From sequence record PP400787: DNA of 64,000 bases. One strand, given 5' to 3'. Origin of the DNA: Escherichia phage FL23. The notes beneath the pieces are model-generated. The model worked only from the letters and a program-made list of their open reading frames with translations, was not told where the DNA came from and made no database searches. The translations under genes were made by a program, and so were the position numbers. This document shows, one piece after another, positions 39,942 to 50,797 of this stretch (positions within the stretch are counted from its first letter, which is position 1; every line of letters begins with the position of its first letter).

Positions 39942-42032
39942 ATGATGGAACTAATTACAGAATTATTTGACGAAGATACTACTCTTCCGATTACAAACTT
40001 AAATCCAAAGAAGAAAATACCACAAATTTTTTCAGTTCATGTTGATGATGCAATTGAACAACCAGGCTTTCGTTTATGTACCTATACATCTGGAGGTGAT
40101 ACTAATCGCGATTTAAAGATGGGCGATAAAATGATGCATATTGTTCCTTTTACATTAACTGCTAAAGGTTCAATTGCCAAATTAAAAGGTCTTGGTCCAA
40201 GCCCAATTAATTATATCAATTCAGTTTTTACTGTTGCAATGCAAACAATGCGTCAGTATAAAATTGATGCCTGCATGCTTCGTATTCTTAAGTCTAAAAC
40301 CGCTGGTCAAGCTCGACAAATTCAAGTTATTGCTGATAGACTTATCCGTAGTCGTTCAGGGGGCAGATACGTCCTTCTTAAGGAACTCTGGGATTATGAT
40401 AAAAAGTACGCATATATTCTTATACATCGCAAAAATGTATCACTGGAAGACATTCCGGGAGTTCCGGAAATTAGTACCGAGCTCTTTACTAAAGTTGAAT
40501 CGAAGGTCGGTGATGTTTATATCAATAAAGATACTGGAGCTCAAGTAACTAAAAATGAGGCAATTGCAGCATCTATTGCGCAAGAAAATGATAAACGTTC
40601 TGATCAAGCTGTAATCGTTAAAGTTAAAATTTCCCGTAGAGCAATTGCACAAAGCCAGTCATTGGAATCTTCTAGATTTGAAAGTGAATTATTCCAGAAG
40701 TATGAATCTACCGCAGCTAATTTCAATAAACCTGCTACCGCTCCTTTAATTCCCGAAGCAGAAGAAATGAAGCTTGGAATTAATTCATTAGCTTCTAAAA
40801 CTAAGGCAGCAAAAATTATTGCCGAAGGAACTGCGAATGAACTTCACTATGACTATAAATTCTTTTCAAAAAGTGAGGTTGATGAAGTTTCTGAAAAAAT
40901 TAAAGATGTAATTCTTAATGCGATTAAAAATGAACCAACTACTTCAATAAAATGTTTAGAGAAATACGCAGCAGCTGTTAATCAACTCTTTGAAGAATAT
41001 AAAGATAATTGGCTTGATAAACATAATAAAACTCGTAAAGGGCAGACAGATGAAGTCTGGGGAGAAATAACTAAAAATGCCTGGAATGCAGCAAAAACTA
41101 AATTCCTCAAACGAATGATTTATAGTTTTTCTGGAATTGGTGCAGGCCCAATGATTGATATTACTATTGCCCGTGATGGTTCTAAATATACTCCATCGCA
41201 AAAGCGCGGTATTAGAGAGTATTGTGGTTCAGGATATACAGACATTAATAATCTTCTTTTAGGTCGTTACAATCCAGAACGATATGATGTAATGAGTGAA
41301 AAAGAAATTGAATCTGCTATAAATAATTTAGATTCAGCTTTTGAAAATGGTGACCGCATACCGGAAGGCATTACAGTTTATCGTGCTCAAAGTATGACTG
41401 CTCCTATATACGAAGCACTAGTTAAAAATAAAGTGTTCTATTTCAGAAATTTTGTATCTACTTCTTTAACTCCTATCATTTTTGGACGTTTTGGAATTAC
41501 ACATGCTGGTATTGGTCTTTTAGAACCAGAAGCTCGTAATGAATTAACAGTTGATAAAAATGAAGAAGGAATAACTATTAATCCAAACGAAATAAGAGCG
41601 TATAAAGAAAATCCTGAATACGTTAAAGTTCAAATAGGATGGGCAATTGATGGAGCTCATAAAGTTAATGTTGTATATCCAGGAAGTCTCGGAATAGCAA
41701 CAGAAGCTGAAGTTATTCTACCGCGCGGACTGATGGTCAAAGTTAATAAAATAACTGATGCTTCTAATAATGACGGAACAACATCTAACAATACAAAACT
41801 CATTCAAGCTGAAGTTATGACCACAGAAGAACTCACCGAATCGGTAATCTATGACGGAGACCATTTAATGGAAACTGGTGAATTGGTTACAATGACAGGT
41901 GATATAGAAGATAGAGTTGACTTTGCATCATTTGTTTCATCAAATGTTAAACAGAAAGTAGAATCATCTCTTGGAATTATTGCGTCTTGCATAGATATTA
42001 CAAACATGCCTTACAAGTTCGTTCAAGGATAA
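39942..42032 (+). CDS. alt: Alt, virion-packaged ADP-ribosyltransferase
   Basis: 696 aa; N-terminal MELITELFD capsid-targeting-like region; ART R-S-E motifs (YRAQ, FVSTSL); late promoter. Confidence 0.8.
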   Translation: MMELITELFDEDTTLPITNLNPKKKIPQIFSVHVDDAIEQPGFRLCTYTSGGDTNRDLKMGDKMMHIVPFTLTAKGSIAKLKGLGPSPINYINSVFTVAMQTMRQYKIDACMLRILKSKTAGQARQIQVIADRLIRSRSGGRYVLLKELWDYDKKYAYILIHRKNVSLEDIPGVPEISTELFTKVESKVGDVYINKDTGAQVTKNEAIAASIAQENDKRSDQAVIVKVKISRRAIAQSQSLESSRFESELFQKYESTAANFNKPATAPLIPEAEEMKLGINSLASKTKAAKIIAEGTANELHYDYKFFSKSEVDEVSEKIKDVILNAIKNEPTTSIKCLEKYAAAVNQLFEEYKDNWLDKHNKTRKGQTDEVWGEITKNAWNAAKTKFLKRMIYSFSGIGAGPMIDITIARDGSKYTPSQKRGIREYCGSGYTDINNLLLGRYNPERYDVMSEKEIESAINNLDSAFENGDRIPEGITVYRAQSMTAPIYEALVKNKVFYFRNFVSTSLTPIIFGRFGITHAGIGLLEPEARNELTVDKNEEGITINPNEIRAYKENPEYVKVQIGWAIDGAHKVNVVYPGSLGIATEAEVILPRGLMVKVNKITDASNNDGTTSNNTKLIQAEVMTTEELTESVIYDGDHLMETGELVTMTGDIEDRVDFASFVSSNVKQKVESSLGIIASCIDITNMPYKFVQG

Positions 42033-42035
42033 ATC

Positions 42036-42422
42036 ATGGAACTTATTACAGAATTATTTGACGGCGCTTCGGCGCCGGTTGTTAACTTAAATCCTAAGCA
42101 TAAAATACCACAAATTTTTGCTATCCAAGCCGGCGAAGAAAGCGTGCTTCCTGGATTTAGATTTTGTACATATACCTCTGGTGGTGATACAAATAAAAAC
42201 GTTAAGCCAGGCGATAAAATGATGCATATCGTAATGATAGGCGTCAACGAGAAATTATCGCTGGTTAAGCTTAGAAACTTGGGTGGAAATCCAATTGGCG
42301 TCATTAATGCGGTTTTTGATACTGCTCTTCAAACAATGAAGCAGTATAAAATTGACGCATGCCTATTCCGCGTACTAAAAAGTTCAAAATGTAGTTTACA
42401 AGTCCCTCGTGTTGTGTTATAG
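42036..42422 (+). CDS. truncated Alt N-terminal paralog (128 aa)
   Basis: MELITELFDG...LPGFRFCTYTSGGDTN...MMHIV...KQYKIDAC parallels Alt residues 1-125; ORF ends inside repeat copy B. Confidence 0.55.
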   Translation: MELITELFDGASAPVVNLNPKHKIPQIFAIQAGEESVLPGFRFCTYTSGGDTNKNVKPGDKMMHIVMIGVNEKLSLVKLRNLGGNPIGVINAVFDTALQTMKQYKIDACLFRVLKSSKCSLQVPRVVL

Positions 42423-42447
42423 TAGTCTTACTGACATAACATGAGGA
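42394..42447 (+). repeat. 54-bp early-promoter/leader cassette, copy B (identical to 28237-28290)
   Basis: Exact 54/54 match found by eye; flanks differ. Confidence 0.8.
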
Positions 42448-42454
42448 ACACAAA

Positions 42455-42745
42455 ATGAAATCTTCTTTGCGCTTTTTAGGTCAAGAACTTGTAGTTGAAG
42501 GCGTTATTCCTGCTGATAATGCTTTTAACGAAGCAGTTTATGATGAATTTATCAAAATTTTCGGAACAGATAAAAAGTTTGGAATTTTTCCTTCTAAAAA
42601 TTTTTCAAAGCCAGAACAGACTGAAAGTATTTTTCAGGGTGTAGTAACAGGTAAATTTGAGTCAGAAGCTCCTGTAAAAATTGAAGTTTATATTGAAGAC
42701 GGTTTAGTTGCTTCAGTTGCTGCTTTCATTTCATTCCGTAAATAA
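42455..42745 (+). CDS. hypothetical protein (96 aa) expressed from cassette copy B
   Basis: ATG 8 nt after the cassette SD. Confidence 0.5.
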   Translation: MKSSLRFLGQELVVEGVIPADNAFNEAVYDEFIKIFGTDKKFGIFPSKNFSKPEQTESIFQGVVTGKFESEAPVKIEVYIEDGLVASVAAFISFRK

Positions 42746-42751
42746 AAATAT

Positions 42752-42769
42752 GGGGACCGAAAGGTCCCC
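42752..42769. terminator. bidirectional terminator hairpin (GAAA loop) between convergent ORF and gene 54
   Basis: ggggacc-gaaa-ggtcccc with A/T runs on both sides. Confidence 0.7.
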
Positions 42770-42773
42770 ATTG

Positions 42774-43739
42774 TTATATTGCTCCTAATATTTTACTTTG
42801 CGAATTGACAATTCCTGTCATGGTATTAATGTTTGAAATGCTTCCAGCAGTTCCCCCTAATCTACTGAGTCGTGAAAGCGAATTAGATAGTCCAGTAACG
42901 CCTCCGCTATTTCCGAGAACGCTTTGAATACCATTTATAGCAGCAGATTCAAGCCATTCAAGCGCAGCTTGCCTATCAACTGCTCCAGCCTGCATCACTC
43001 TATACGCAAAAGTAACGTCAAATGTAGTTATTTGGTTATCTCCATCATATGATAACTCAGGAGCGCTCACTGATATTGGAATGCATCCGGTGAACATCAC
43101 CGCAGTATGAGGCAATCCATTACGAGAATGAAGATTAACTTGGATATCCGCCTCAACATCTTGCGGCAGAGCACGCAATCCAGTTACTGGGTCTTGAACA
43201 GCATTAACCCAGTCTTGCATTGCACGATAGTTACAAGCTTCTGAATCCATTCTAAATGAAATAACCAAAGGGTCTAATTCTCTCCCAGTTATACGAATAT
43301 TAGGGGAATTATAGTTCCAGTCAGTTTCATAAGATAATCTATTCTCTGGCATTTTTACAGAATATATCATCAATCCAGATGAGTTATATGCCATGTTAAA
43401 GAAGTCAATTAAATATGTACCAACTGTAAATGAGCCTAATAAACTCTGGACAGTACGTTGACTCATGGCACCAATAAGATATTTACTGACTCCTGATTTT
43501 CTTATTAGTTTTTGTGTGCCAGCTGTAATTAGCGTGGTAATTCCCTGATTAATATCACCTTGAGTTAATCCTAACCAATTTGAATTTAGGCCCAAGTTAT
43601 TATAAGAAAAGTTGCTAATTGAACTTATCAACGAAGAGCTTTTAGTTGATGGAGTTGTCGCAAAAACGCAGCTAAACATATTATTACGTTGGAAATCTGC
43701 GTTTATTGCTTGATTATTAAATTCCTCTAAAGAATACAT
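42774..43739 (-). CDS. 54: gp54 baseplate tail-tube initiator
   Basis: 321 aa; MYSLEEFNNQAINADFQRNNMF. Confidence 0.9.
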   Translation of the reverse strand: MYSLEEFNNQAINADFQRNNMFSCVFATTPSTKSSSLISSISNFSYNNLGLNSNWLGLTQGDINQGITTLITAGTQKLIRKSGVSKYLIGAMSQRTVQSLLGSFTVGTYLIDFFNMAYNSSGLMIYSVKMPENRLSYETDWNYNSPNIRITGRELDPLVISFRMDSEACNYRAMQDWVNAVQDPVTGLRALPQDVEADIQVNLHSRNGLPHTAVMFTGCIPISVSAPELSYDGDNQITTFDVTFAYRVMQAGAVDRQAALEWLESAAINGIQSVLGNSGGVTGLSNSLSRLSRLGGTAGSISNINTMTGIVNSQSKILGAI

Positions 43740-44833
43740 TAAAAAGTCCCCGCATATAAAGAAGCACGGTTTAACGTGATAATTTCTCTCATAGTAATCT
43801 CGAGAGTAAATGTACTAGGGAGGTTTGGAGCAATAGCTAATCCGTTAAAGTTACCATTAGGTGTTTTATCAAATCTGATGCTCTGGATTTGGCATGGACC
43901 AAATATTTCCGTTTTTCCATCAAACTTAGATGTTGCACCAAAGTTTTTCACCATCCAAACTGTCGGGTTTGAAACTACTAGAACGTTGGTTAAACTCGAT
44001 GTCATTTTCTCAAATAGTGTTTTATTTTTAGCTGCGTCTTCCGGAGATAAAGGTTCAATTAACGTAGAACGATACCAATCATCTAAATACCCCTTTATTT
44101 CAGCAGCATATTGAGATTTACCCGTTTCACCATAAGAAAAATAGTTAAAATATTGATAGATATTAATAATAGCCATTAAATCTTCTGTTGAACGTGGAGT
44201 CAAATCCCATGTAAACACTTTAGTTCTATTTTCAGCACCACCATACATACTTCTGGCTGTCGTATAAATCTGTTCATTATTATCAGCCATTATACCTTGT
44301 GTTATACTTTCCAACGCCCCAAATACTGCAGTTGAAGCAATATTACTTAGCACACCAGTAGCAGTACCTCCGCCTCTACTGATGAGGCTTTCTTGAACAT
44401 CATTAAATCTATGTGATGATGTATCAACATCAGATTTAGATCTCGGTAAAAGAATGTTTGCGATAGGAGATTTACTTATTGTTCCTGAATTATTATTTGA
44501 TATTAATCCATTTGATAGTTTTGATACTGTACTACTAATAGTGTTTCTAGCTGTACGTAAAATACTCGAAGATGAAGAAGAGTAGTTAGATCTCATCGAT
44601 CTAAGACTTCCAGAATCCCTAGATGACATATTGTATGCAGTAAATAATAATCCATTCTTATATAGATCTGTTACCTGGAAGTCCCCTGTAGTGTCATTAC
44701 CACTAGCACGCCCAGTTGGAAACTGGGCTGTGTATGTTTTAGTTCCTACTTCTGATTTAGTGCTCTGTCCGGCTGAAATTTTCTCACCGGACTTTTTAAT
44801 TAAATCAGCAGTTATTTCTTTAACAATTGCCAT
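43739..44833 (-). CDS. 48: gp48 baseplate / tail tube junction protein
   Basis: 364 aa, synteny 29-48-54. Confidence 0.9.
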   Translation of the reverse strand: MAIVKEITADLIKKSGEKISAGQSTKSEVGTKTYTAQFPTGRASGNDTTGDFQVTDLYKNGLLFTAYNMSSRDSGSLRSMRSNYSSSSSSILRTARNTISSTVSKLSNGLISNNNSGTISKSPIANILLPRSKSDVDTSSHRFNDVQESLISRGGGTATGVLSNIASTAVFGALESITQGIMADNNEQIYTTARSMYGGAENRTKVFTWDLTPRSTEDLMAIINIYQYFNYFSYGETGKSQYAAEIKGYLDDWYRSTLIEPLSPEDAAKNKTLFEKMTSSLTNVLVVSNPTVWMVKNFGATSKFDGKTEIFGPCQIQSIRFDKTPNGNFNGLAIAPNLPSTFTLEITMREIITLNRASLYAGTF

Positions 44834-44841
44834 ATTATTCC

Positions 44842-46614
44842 TTAATTAACTCCAGTCGCATCAAATACACCAGGAGCAGTCGTGCTCGTTACGGGTGTCA
44901 TATTATGAACGACAGTATTTTTCTTAATAACATTATTAGTATTATTGATTGAAGGAGATGCTTGTTGAACAGGAGCTTGCTGTGCTTTGTTCTTTTCAAT
45001 CACCTGGACTTGTTTCGCTTCTGGTGATTTAGCAGAAGTTTCAGGTTTGGCATTAGGCTGATTTTTCTTGAGCTCTTGATAAGTAGCATCAATTTTAGAA
45101 AATCTAGCAGCAAGTTCTTTTTTAACTGCCGGTGAATTATTTAAATCCGGGTCATCCATCCGTTTTTTAAGGTCTTCATAGGCAGCTTCAACTGATTTAA
45201 CCGTTGAGTCTTTACTCATATCAGCTGAATCGGCATATTGTTCAAAACGATTCATAGCAGCACGAGCTTCATTAGCTTTCATTAAAGCAATTTTAGCTTC
45301 TTCCGGAGAAAGTTGCTTTAATTTTTCTTCTTCCTCTGCTCTCTCTTCATCAGTCGTTAGTGCTTCTTTATTATCAACACCACGAATCCAGTTAGATGCG
45401 CGAGTTTTCCAGTTCGCAATTTTGTCTAATCCTTTCGCTATAGGCCCAAGATCTCCGTTCATTCTTTTGTATTGATAATTTGCAACTTTTTCTTGATCTT
45501 CTTTGCTAAGAGAAGCATTTGTAGTATTTTGGAAATTTTCCAGTGCTCTTCCTTCTACTTCATCAGCAGTGTCTTTCATGCCAGGAATGACTCGAAGAAT
45601 TGCAGCAGATAATTTAGCCATACCTAATTGAATAAGCTCTCCTAAATTAAAAAGAACCTTTCCAAGCCCTTCTACAATAGCTACCGTCAAACCACCCCAA
45701 TCTCCAGCTTCCCAGAACTTTTTAATTCCATCGATAGAACTAAAGATGCTCTGTAATAAAGGACCCCATGTTCCGGTTTCGCTAGAGAATTTAGTAAAGT
45801 CAGTATTAAATAAATCCCAGGCTTTTGAAAATTTATCTGACCAATATTTAAAGTGAACCATCAGCAGATCTATTCCAACAACAACAGCCAATATCATTGC
45901 AGTCATTTTAGCAGCTTCAATAGCAGCACTGACGGTGTACTTAAATAACATGCTTGATATTTTATCACTAATTGAAATGGATTTCTTAAATCCAAAATCA
46001 ACAGTCTTTGTTAATTTATCTAAAGCTTGAGATAATTTTAAGTTAAATGCTTCTTTTTTCTGTTTTTCTTCTGGCGATTCTTGTTTGGGTTCAACTGGCC
46101 GAGGGGTAGGGAAAAAATCAGCGTCAGGATCATTATTAACTGCTTCAGGAGTCGGTAATAAAGGACCCACAGATTCGGCAGTATCATCCTCAACGACTTT
46201 AACAGGAATAGCGCTTTCAACAGTGGCTAAACTAGTTCCAGTCTGTTGAATTCCAGCTGTCTGGATTTTTTGCTCTAGTAAACTTGTTAATTTATCTAAT
46301 TTGCTTCCGAGTGATTCACCGATTTCTTTATTAATATTGTTGCCAATTTCGACAGTTTCAGCAATTAACTCAGAACCGGCAGTAGTATCACTCACTGCGC
46401 TTTCTACGTTACCAATTGCTCCAACTATTTCATTCGATTTTTCTTCGACAGTTTGAGCTATTAATTCAGAAGCAGCTTGAGCATCATCCAATTTCGTAGA
46501 TATATCATTAAGTCCAGATAAAGTGTTAGAAGCGGATTTAGCCGCTTCCTGTGTCGGTTTATTATCTGAAATAACTTTTCTACGCATCGTTTGCATTTCT
46601 TGTGGCTTTTTCAT
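44842..46614 (-). CDS. 29: gp29 tape measure / baseplate hub protein
   Basis: 590 aa. Confidence 0.9.
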   Translation of the reverse strand: MKKPQEMQTMRRKVISDNKPTQEAAKSASNTLSGLNDISTKLDDAQAASELIAQTVEEKSNEIVGAIGNVESAVSDTTAGSELIAETVEIGNNINKEIGESLGSKLDKLTSLLEQKIQTAGIQQTGTSLATVESAIPVKVVEDDTAESVGPLLPTPEAVNNDPDADFFPTPRPVEPKQESPEEKQKKEAFNLKLSQALDKLTKTVDFGFKKSISISDKISSMLFKYTVSAAIEAAKMTAMILAVVVGIDLLMVHFKYWSDKFSKAWDLFNTDFTKFSSETGTWGPLLQSIFSSIDGIKKFWEAGDWGGLTVAIVEGLGKVLFNLGELIQLGMAKLSAAILRVIPGMKDTADEVEGRALENFQNTTNASLSKEDQEKVANYQYKRMNGDLGPIAKGLDKIANWKTRASNWIRGVDNKEALTTDEERAEEEEKLKQLSPEEAKIALMKANEARAAMNRFEQYADSADMSKDSTVKSVEAAYEDLKKRMDDPDLNNSPAVKKELAARFSKIDATYQELKKNQPNAKPETSAKSPEAKQVQVIEKNKAQQAPVQQASPSINNTNNVIKKNTVVHNMTPVTSTTAPGVFDATGVN

Positions 46615-47144
46615 TCAAATAATCCAATAATATTGCCAATTCCAGTTATTGGACCATTAGGGCCAGGAATTGCTAAAGTTGTAAAAATATCATTTGCCCA
46701 TTTTAAAACGAATGCTGGCATCTCAAGAAAATTAATTTCTTTAACTTCATCATTGACCTTAAGCAAGCATTTAGATAACATATCGCTCACCGTTAAAAAT
46801 TGTTCAAATTTTCCAGGAGGTCTAAAATAAAATGTATTTCCTTGGTATTGAAATTCTAATCTTTGGCATACATAAACATCATTAATGTCATAAGTATAGC
46901 CATCTATTTCTTTACGAGATTTAATCTTTCCATTAAATTCCAATAAATGAATAGAAACGAAATCAACTTCTGCCGGTGATAAATTCGGACAAATAGAATC
47001 AATAAGAAGTTTTAAATTTTCATCAGGACCTTTAACATCCTTTAAAATGTTATAATGTTTAAGACCCATTTTAGGAATAGAAACTTCTTTATTACTTATT
47101 GGAAGAACTACTTTCTTCAGTGGTAGTATCAGATTTAAATTCAT
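46611..47144 (-). CDS. 28: gp28 baseplate hub distal subunit
   Basis: 177 aa; overlaps the gene 27 3' end by 53 nt. Confidence 0.8.
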   Translation of the reverse strand: MNLNLILPLKKVVLPISNKEVSIPKMGLKHYNILKDVKGPDENLKLLIDSICPNLSPAEVDFVSIHLLEFNGKIKSRKEIDGYTYDINDVYVCQRLEFQYQGNTFYFRPPGKFEQFLTVSDMLSKCLLKVNDEVKEINFLEMPAFVLKWANDIFTTLAIPGPNGPITGIGNIIGLFE

Positions 47145-48264
47145 TTTTAACCTTAACTGGGTCTATTGTTTCCAGTTTCGTTGCATTAGTGAACATATAT
47201 AGATGAGTTACTGAATTATTATTGGATAATTCATGGATAACTTCATCAACGTAAAATTCTGTTTTAAATTGGTTTTTACTATCATTAAAAATAATTTTAA
47301 CACCAGGAGTCAAGTTAAAATTACCGACAGTAGAACATTTAGCATAGCCGTCATATTGTGCCATAGTTTGAAGACGAATAGCTTCTTCATATCCATTCCT
47401 ATAAGTCATTTCAGAATAAGCACCTGACCTTGACACCACAATAGAGTTTTCACCCTTTCCTGTAGTAATCATTGGCAGTGAAGAATCTAAAAATGAATGA
47501 GCATAGATAGTAGCATTTTTCATTGGGTCACGTTTGTGAGGATTCGATTTAGTCAACCAAACAAAATCATATGCTAATGGATATTTTAATTCTTGGACAA
47601 ATTGACCTATTAAAGATGGCTCACCGGCAATCATTGGATATGGTTCTTGATTTATCATCATATCATAGTCCATCATGTTAACTCCCATGATGTCTTGCCA
47701 TACAAATACAAATTTGTCGCTTCCTACAGCTAGAGCAACTTCTCTTACATATGACAAATAATTTTCAAATGTACTAGTCCATGGAATATCAGGAACATAA
47801 GCATTTATAGCATTTATTGCTGGAGTTAATAATGTGCGGTCTTGATAAATGACGCCAAGCATTTCTTTTATAGATTCACCTGCATCAGGGAAAAATGGTC
47901 GACCAAATTTAAGATTTTCTATAGAATGAATAGTTCCCAATTCAATAGCAATGATGTTATCACCTTTTGAATCTACTGACACAGAAAAATGCTTACATCC
48001 ATAAATTCGTGTTTTAACATTATTAATATCATTTGCATTAGCTACAGAAATCTGAATTATTTCATTTCCATCCATTTTTGTATGGATGTTTTTAGAATCA
48101 TAAAACTGCAGCATTCCTTCATTTCGGCCATAAAGAGAATCCCGCATAGTTAATGTAGTAATAGTAGCAGCTAATTCAACAAATCTATTATTACTCCAAG
48201 CGTCGTAGCTATCAAATAATTTAACGCTGAGATTTGGATATCCGGGGCGTTGCAACATACTCAT
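47092..48264 (-). CDS. 27: gp27 baseplate hub
   Basis: 390 aa. Confidence 0.85.
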   Translation of the reverse strand: MSMLQRPGYPNLSVKLFDSYDAWSNNRFVELAATITTLTMRDSLYGRNEGMLQFYDSKNIHTKMDGNEIIQISVANANDINNVKTRIYGCKHFSVSVDSKGDNIIAIELGTIHSIENLKFGRPFFPDAGESIKEMLGVIYQDRTLLTPAINAINAYVPDIPWTSTFENYLSYVREVALAVGSDKFVFVWQDIMGVNMMDYDMMINQEPYPMIAGEPSLIGQFVQELKYPLAYDFVWLTKSNPHKRDPMKNATIYAHSFLDSSLPMITTGKGENSIVVSRSGAYSEMTYRNGYEEAIRLQTMAQYDGYAKCSTVGNFNLTPGVKIIFNDSKNQFKTEFYVDEVIHELSNNNSVTHLYMFTNATKLETIDPVKVKNEFKSDTTTEESSSSNK

Positions 48265-49013
48265 TATTGTTTATCCTTCTCAATCAGTTTTAATACGAAT
48301 CCGCGCTCAGCAGGAATCATTTTCATTATTGAATTTAAGCTATAATTACTTTTTACGAGTGTGTGATTAATTTGATAAAAAGTAAATATCTCATCTGGGT
48401 TAACTAATAGCTTAAACACGTCTACTATATCAGTGTATTTTTTAATGTACTTATTACAGCATGACATATGTAGAGTTAAATTAATAGGATTCATTGCATC
48501 GAGAATTTTTTCTAATGTTTCTATCTCGATGGCATCAACAAGTTCTATTTGACTGGACTCGCTAATTTCCTTCCAATCATACCAAATTTCATCTACTTGA
48601 ACAGAATGAATATTTTCAGTAATCATCTTTGCTTTATTTTCATAAAACTCAGAAGGAAACTTTAATTTAATTTTAACATTAGCTACATCAAAAACAGGTT
48701 CCTTTAATTCTTTTTGATATATTTCAAATGGAACTGTCTTTTCTTTTTTACATTTTGGACATACGAATGTGACTGGTACTTTAGTTTTACCTATTGACCC
48801 TACAAATACCTGCAAAAATATAAATGGTTGCCAAGTCTTCGGATAGTCTCCAAAATAATCATCAATTAAATCAGTAATTATTTCTTTTTGTTCTTGTGGT
48901 GACCGATGTTCTATATCGTTTCGAACTAACAAAAAATCTCGATAATCTTCTACCGTAAATGGTTTAAAACGATGAACACCATCTGGTAATTTACAACGAA
49001 TAATGTTTGCCAT
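48264..49013 (-). CDS. 51: gp51 baseplate hub assembly catalyst
   Basis: 249 aa. Confidence 0.85.
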   Translation of the reverse strand: MANIIRCKLPDGVHRFKPFTVEDYRDFLLVRNDIEHRSPQEQKEIITDLIDDYFGDYPKTWQPFIFLQVFVGSIGKTKVPVTFVCPKCKKEKTVPFEIYQKELKEPVFDVANVKIKLKFPSEFYENKAKMITENIHSVQVDEIWYDWKEISESSQIELVDAIEIETLEKILDAMNPINLTLHMSCCNKYIKKYTDIVDVFKLLVNPDEIFTFYQINHTLVKSNYSLNSIMKMIPAERGFVLKLIEKDKQ

Positions 49014-49030
49014 AGATGCTCCTTTTATTC

Positions 49031-49042
49031 TATTTATAAATA
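49031..49042. promoter_or_regulatory. divergent overlapping late promoters (TATTTATAAATA) for gene 51 (minus) and gene 26 (plus)
   Basis: TATAAATA readable on both strands within 12 bp. Confidence 0.6.
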
Positions 49043-49063
49043 TGATAAATAAAGGAGCTAAAT

Positions 49064-49690
49064 ATGTATGAATACAAATTTGATGTGAGAGTTGGTTCTA
49101 AAATAATCAATTGTCGCGCATTCACGCTTAAAGAATATCTAGAACTTATTACTGCCAAAAATAATGGTTCCGTAGAAGTAATTGTTAAAAAGCTAATCAA
49201 AGACTGCACAAATGCAAAAGATTTAAACCGTCAAGAATCAGAACTATTGTTAATTCATTTATGGGCACATTCTCTCGGTGAAGTTAATCACGAAAACTCC
49301 TGGAAGTGCACCTGTGGAACTGAAATACCAACCCATATAAATCTATTACATACACAAATAGATGCACCAGAAGACCTCTGGTATACACTAGGTGACATTA
49401 AAATTAAATTCCGATACCCTAAAATTTTTGATGATAAAAATATAGCCCACATGATAGTATCATGCATAGAAACGATTCATGCTAACGGGGAAAGCATTCC
49501 AGTTGAAGACTTAAATGAAAAAGAACTGGAAGATTTATACTCTATCATCACAGAGTCAGATATTGTAGCTATAAAAGATATGCTTTTAAAGCCTACTGTT
49601 TATTTGGCTGTTCCAATTAAGTGTCCAGAGTGTGGAAAAACTCACGCTCATGTAATAAGAGGACTCAAAGAATTCTTTGAGTTACTATAA
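49064..49690 (+). CDS. 26: gp26 baseplate hub subunit
   Basis: 208 aa. Confidence 0.85.
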   Translation: MYEYKFDVRVGSKIINCRAFTLKEYLELITAKNNGSVEVIVKKLIKDCTNAKDLNRQESELLLIHLWAHSLGEVNHENSWKCTCGTEIPTHINLLHTQIDAPEDLWYTLGDIKIKFRYPKIFDDKNIAHMIVSCIETIHANGESIPVEDLNEKELEDLYSIITESDIVAIKDMLLKPTVYLAVPIKCPECGKTHAHVIRGLKEFFELL

Positions 49691-50088
49691 TGGCAAATAT
49701 TAATAAGCTTTATTCTGACATCGACCCAGAAATGAAAATGGACTGGGACAAAGACGTTTCCAGATCTCTTGGATTAAGGTCAATTAAAAATAGCCTTTTA
49801 GGAATTATTACAACCAGAAAAGGTTCAAGACCGTTTGACCCTGAATTTGGATGTGATTTATCAGATCAGCTTTTTGAAAATATGACTCCTCTTACTGCTG
49901 ATACGGTTGAGCGTAACATCGAAAGCGCAGTAAGAAACTATGAGCCACGTATTGATAAATTAGCAGTTAATGTAATACCGGTTTATGATGATTATACTCT
50001 GATAGTAGAAATACGCTTTTCGGTCATCGATAACCCCGATGATATTGAGCAGATAAAACTGCAATTGGCTTCCAGTAATAGGGTATAA
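49690..50088 (+). CDS. 25: gp25 baseplate wedge (sheath initiator)
   Basis: 132 aa. Confidence 0.85.
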   Translation: MANINKLYSDIDPEMKMDWDKDVSRSLGLRSIKNSLLGIITTRKGSRPFDPEFGCDLSDQLFENMTPLTADTVERNIESAVRNYEPRIDKLAVNVIPVYDDYTLIVEIRFSVIDNPDDIEQIKLQLASSNRV

Positions 50089-50114
50089 TGCTTCACGTTA
50101 AAACGTGGTATAAT
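50089..50114 (+). promoter_or_regulatory. MotA-dependent middle promoter of uvsY (TGCTTCA box + TATAAT); likely core of the uvsY replication origin
   Basis: atgcttca cgttaaaacgtgg tataat. Confidence 0.6.
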
Positions 50115-50154
50115 GAATCTAAGTCCATCCAATAACAATTGAATAGAGAACAAT

Positions 50155-50568
50155 ATGAGATTAGAAGATCTTCAAGAAGAATTGAAGAAAGATGTGTTTA
50201 TAGATTCGACTAAATTACAGTATGAAGCAGCTAATAATGTGATGTTATATAGTAAATGGCTTAATAAGCATTCAAGTATTAAAAAGGAAATGCTTAGAAT
50301 TGATGCACAGAAAAAAGTTGCTCTTAAAGCAAGATTAGACTACTACTCGGGACGAGGAGATGGTGATGAATTTAGTATGGATCGTTATGAGAAGTCAGAA
50401 ATGAAGACAGTTCTATCAGCTGATAAGGATGTTTTAAAGGTTGATACTTCATTACAATATTGGGGAATTTTATTAGATTTTTGTAGCGGAGCTCTTGATG
50501 CTATTAAATCACGTGGATTTGCTATTAAGCATATTCAAGACATGCGGGCATTTGAGGCTGGAAAATAA
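50155..50568 (+). CDS. uvsY: UvsY recombination mediator
   Basis: 137 aa; MRLEDLQEELKKDVFIDSTKLQYEAANN. Confidence 0.9.
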   Translation: MRLEDLQEELKKDVFIDSTKLQYEAANNVMLYSKWLNKHSSIKKEMLRIDAQKKVALKARLDYYSGRGDGDEFSMDRYEKSEMKTVLSADKDVLKVDTSLQYWGILLDFCSGALDAIKSRGFAIKHIQDMRAFEAGK

Positions 50569-50795
50569 TGAGATATAGCATTGATGACGCTTTTAATTAT
50601 GAAGAAGAATTTGAAACTGAGATTCAATTCTTAATGAAAAAGTATAATCTTAAGCGTCAGGATATTCGTATCCTGGCCGATCACCCGTGCGGTGAAGATG
50701 TCCTTTATATTAAAGGAAAATTTGCCGGATATCTTGATGAATATTTTTATTCTAAAGATATGGGCATTGATATGCATATGAGAGATATGGGGTAA
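50568..50795 (+). CDS. hypothetical protein (75 aa)
   Basis: ATGA overlap with uvsY stop. Confidence 0.5.
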   Translation: MRYSIDDAFNYEEEFETEIQFLMKKYNLKRQDIRILADHPCGEDVLYIKGKFAGYLDEYFYSKDMGIDMHMRDMG

Positions 50796-50797
50796 AT

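Noticed and set aside
47092-47144. 53-nt overlap between genes 27 and 28 as a possible frameshift or annotation error
   Set aside because: Both ORF lengths (390 and 177 aa) match what I expect for gp27 and gp28, so the overlap is probably genuine.
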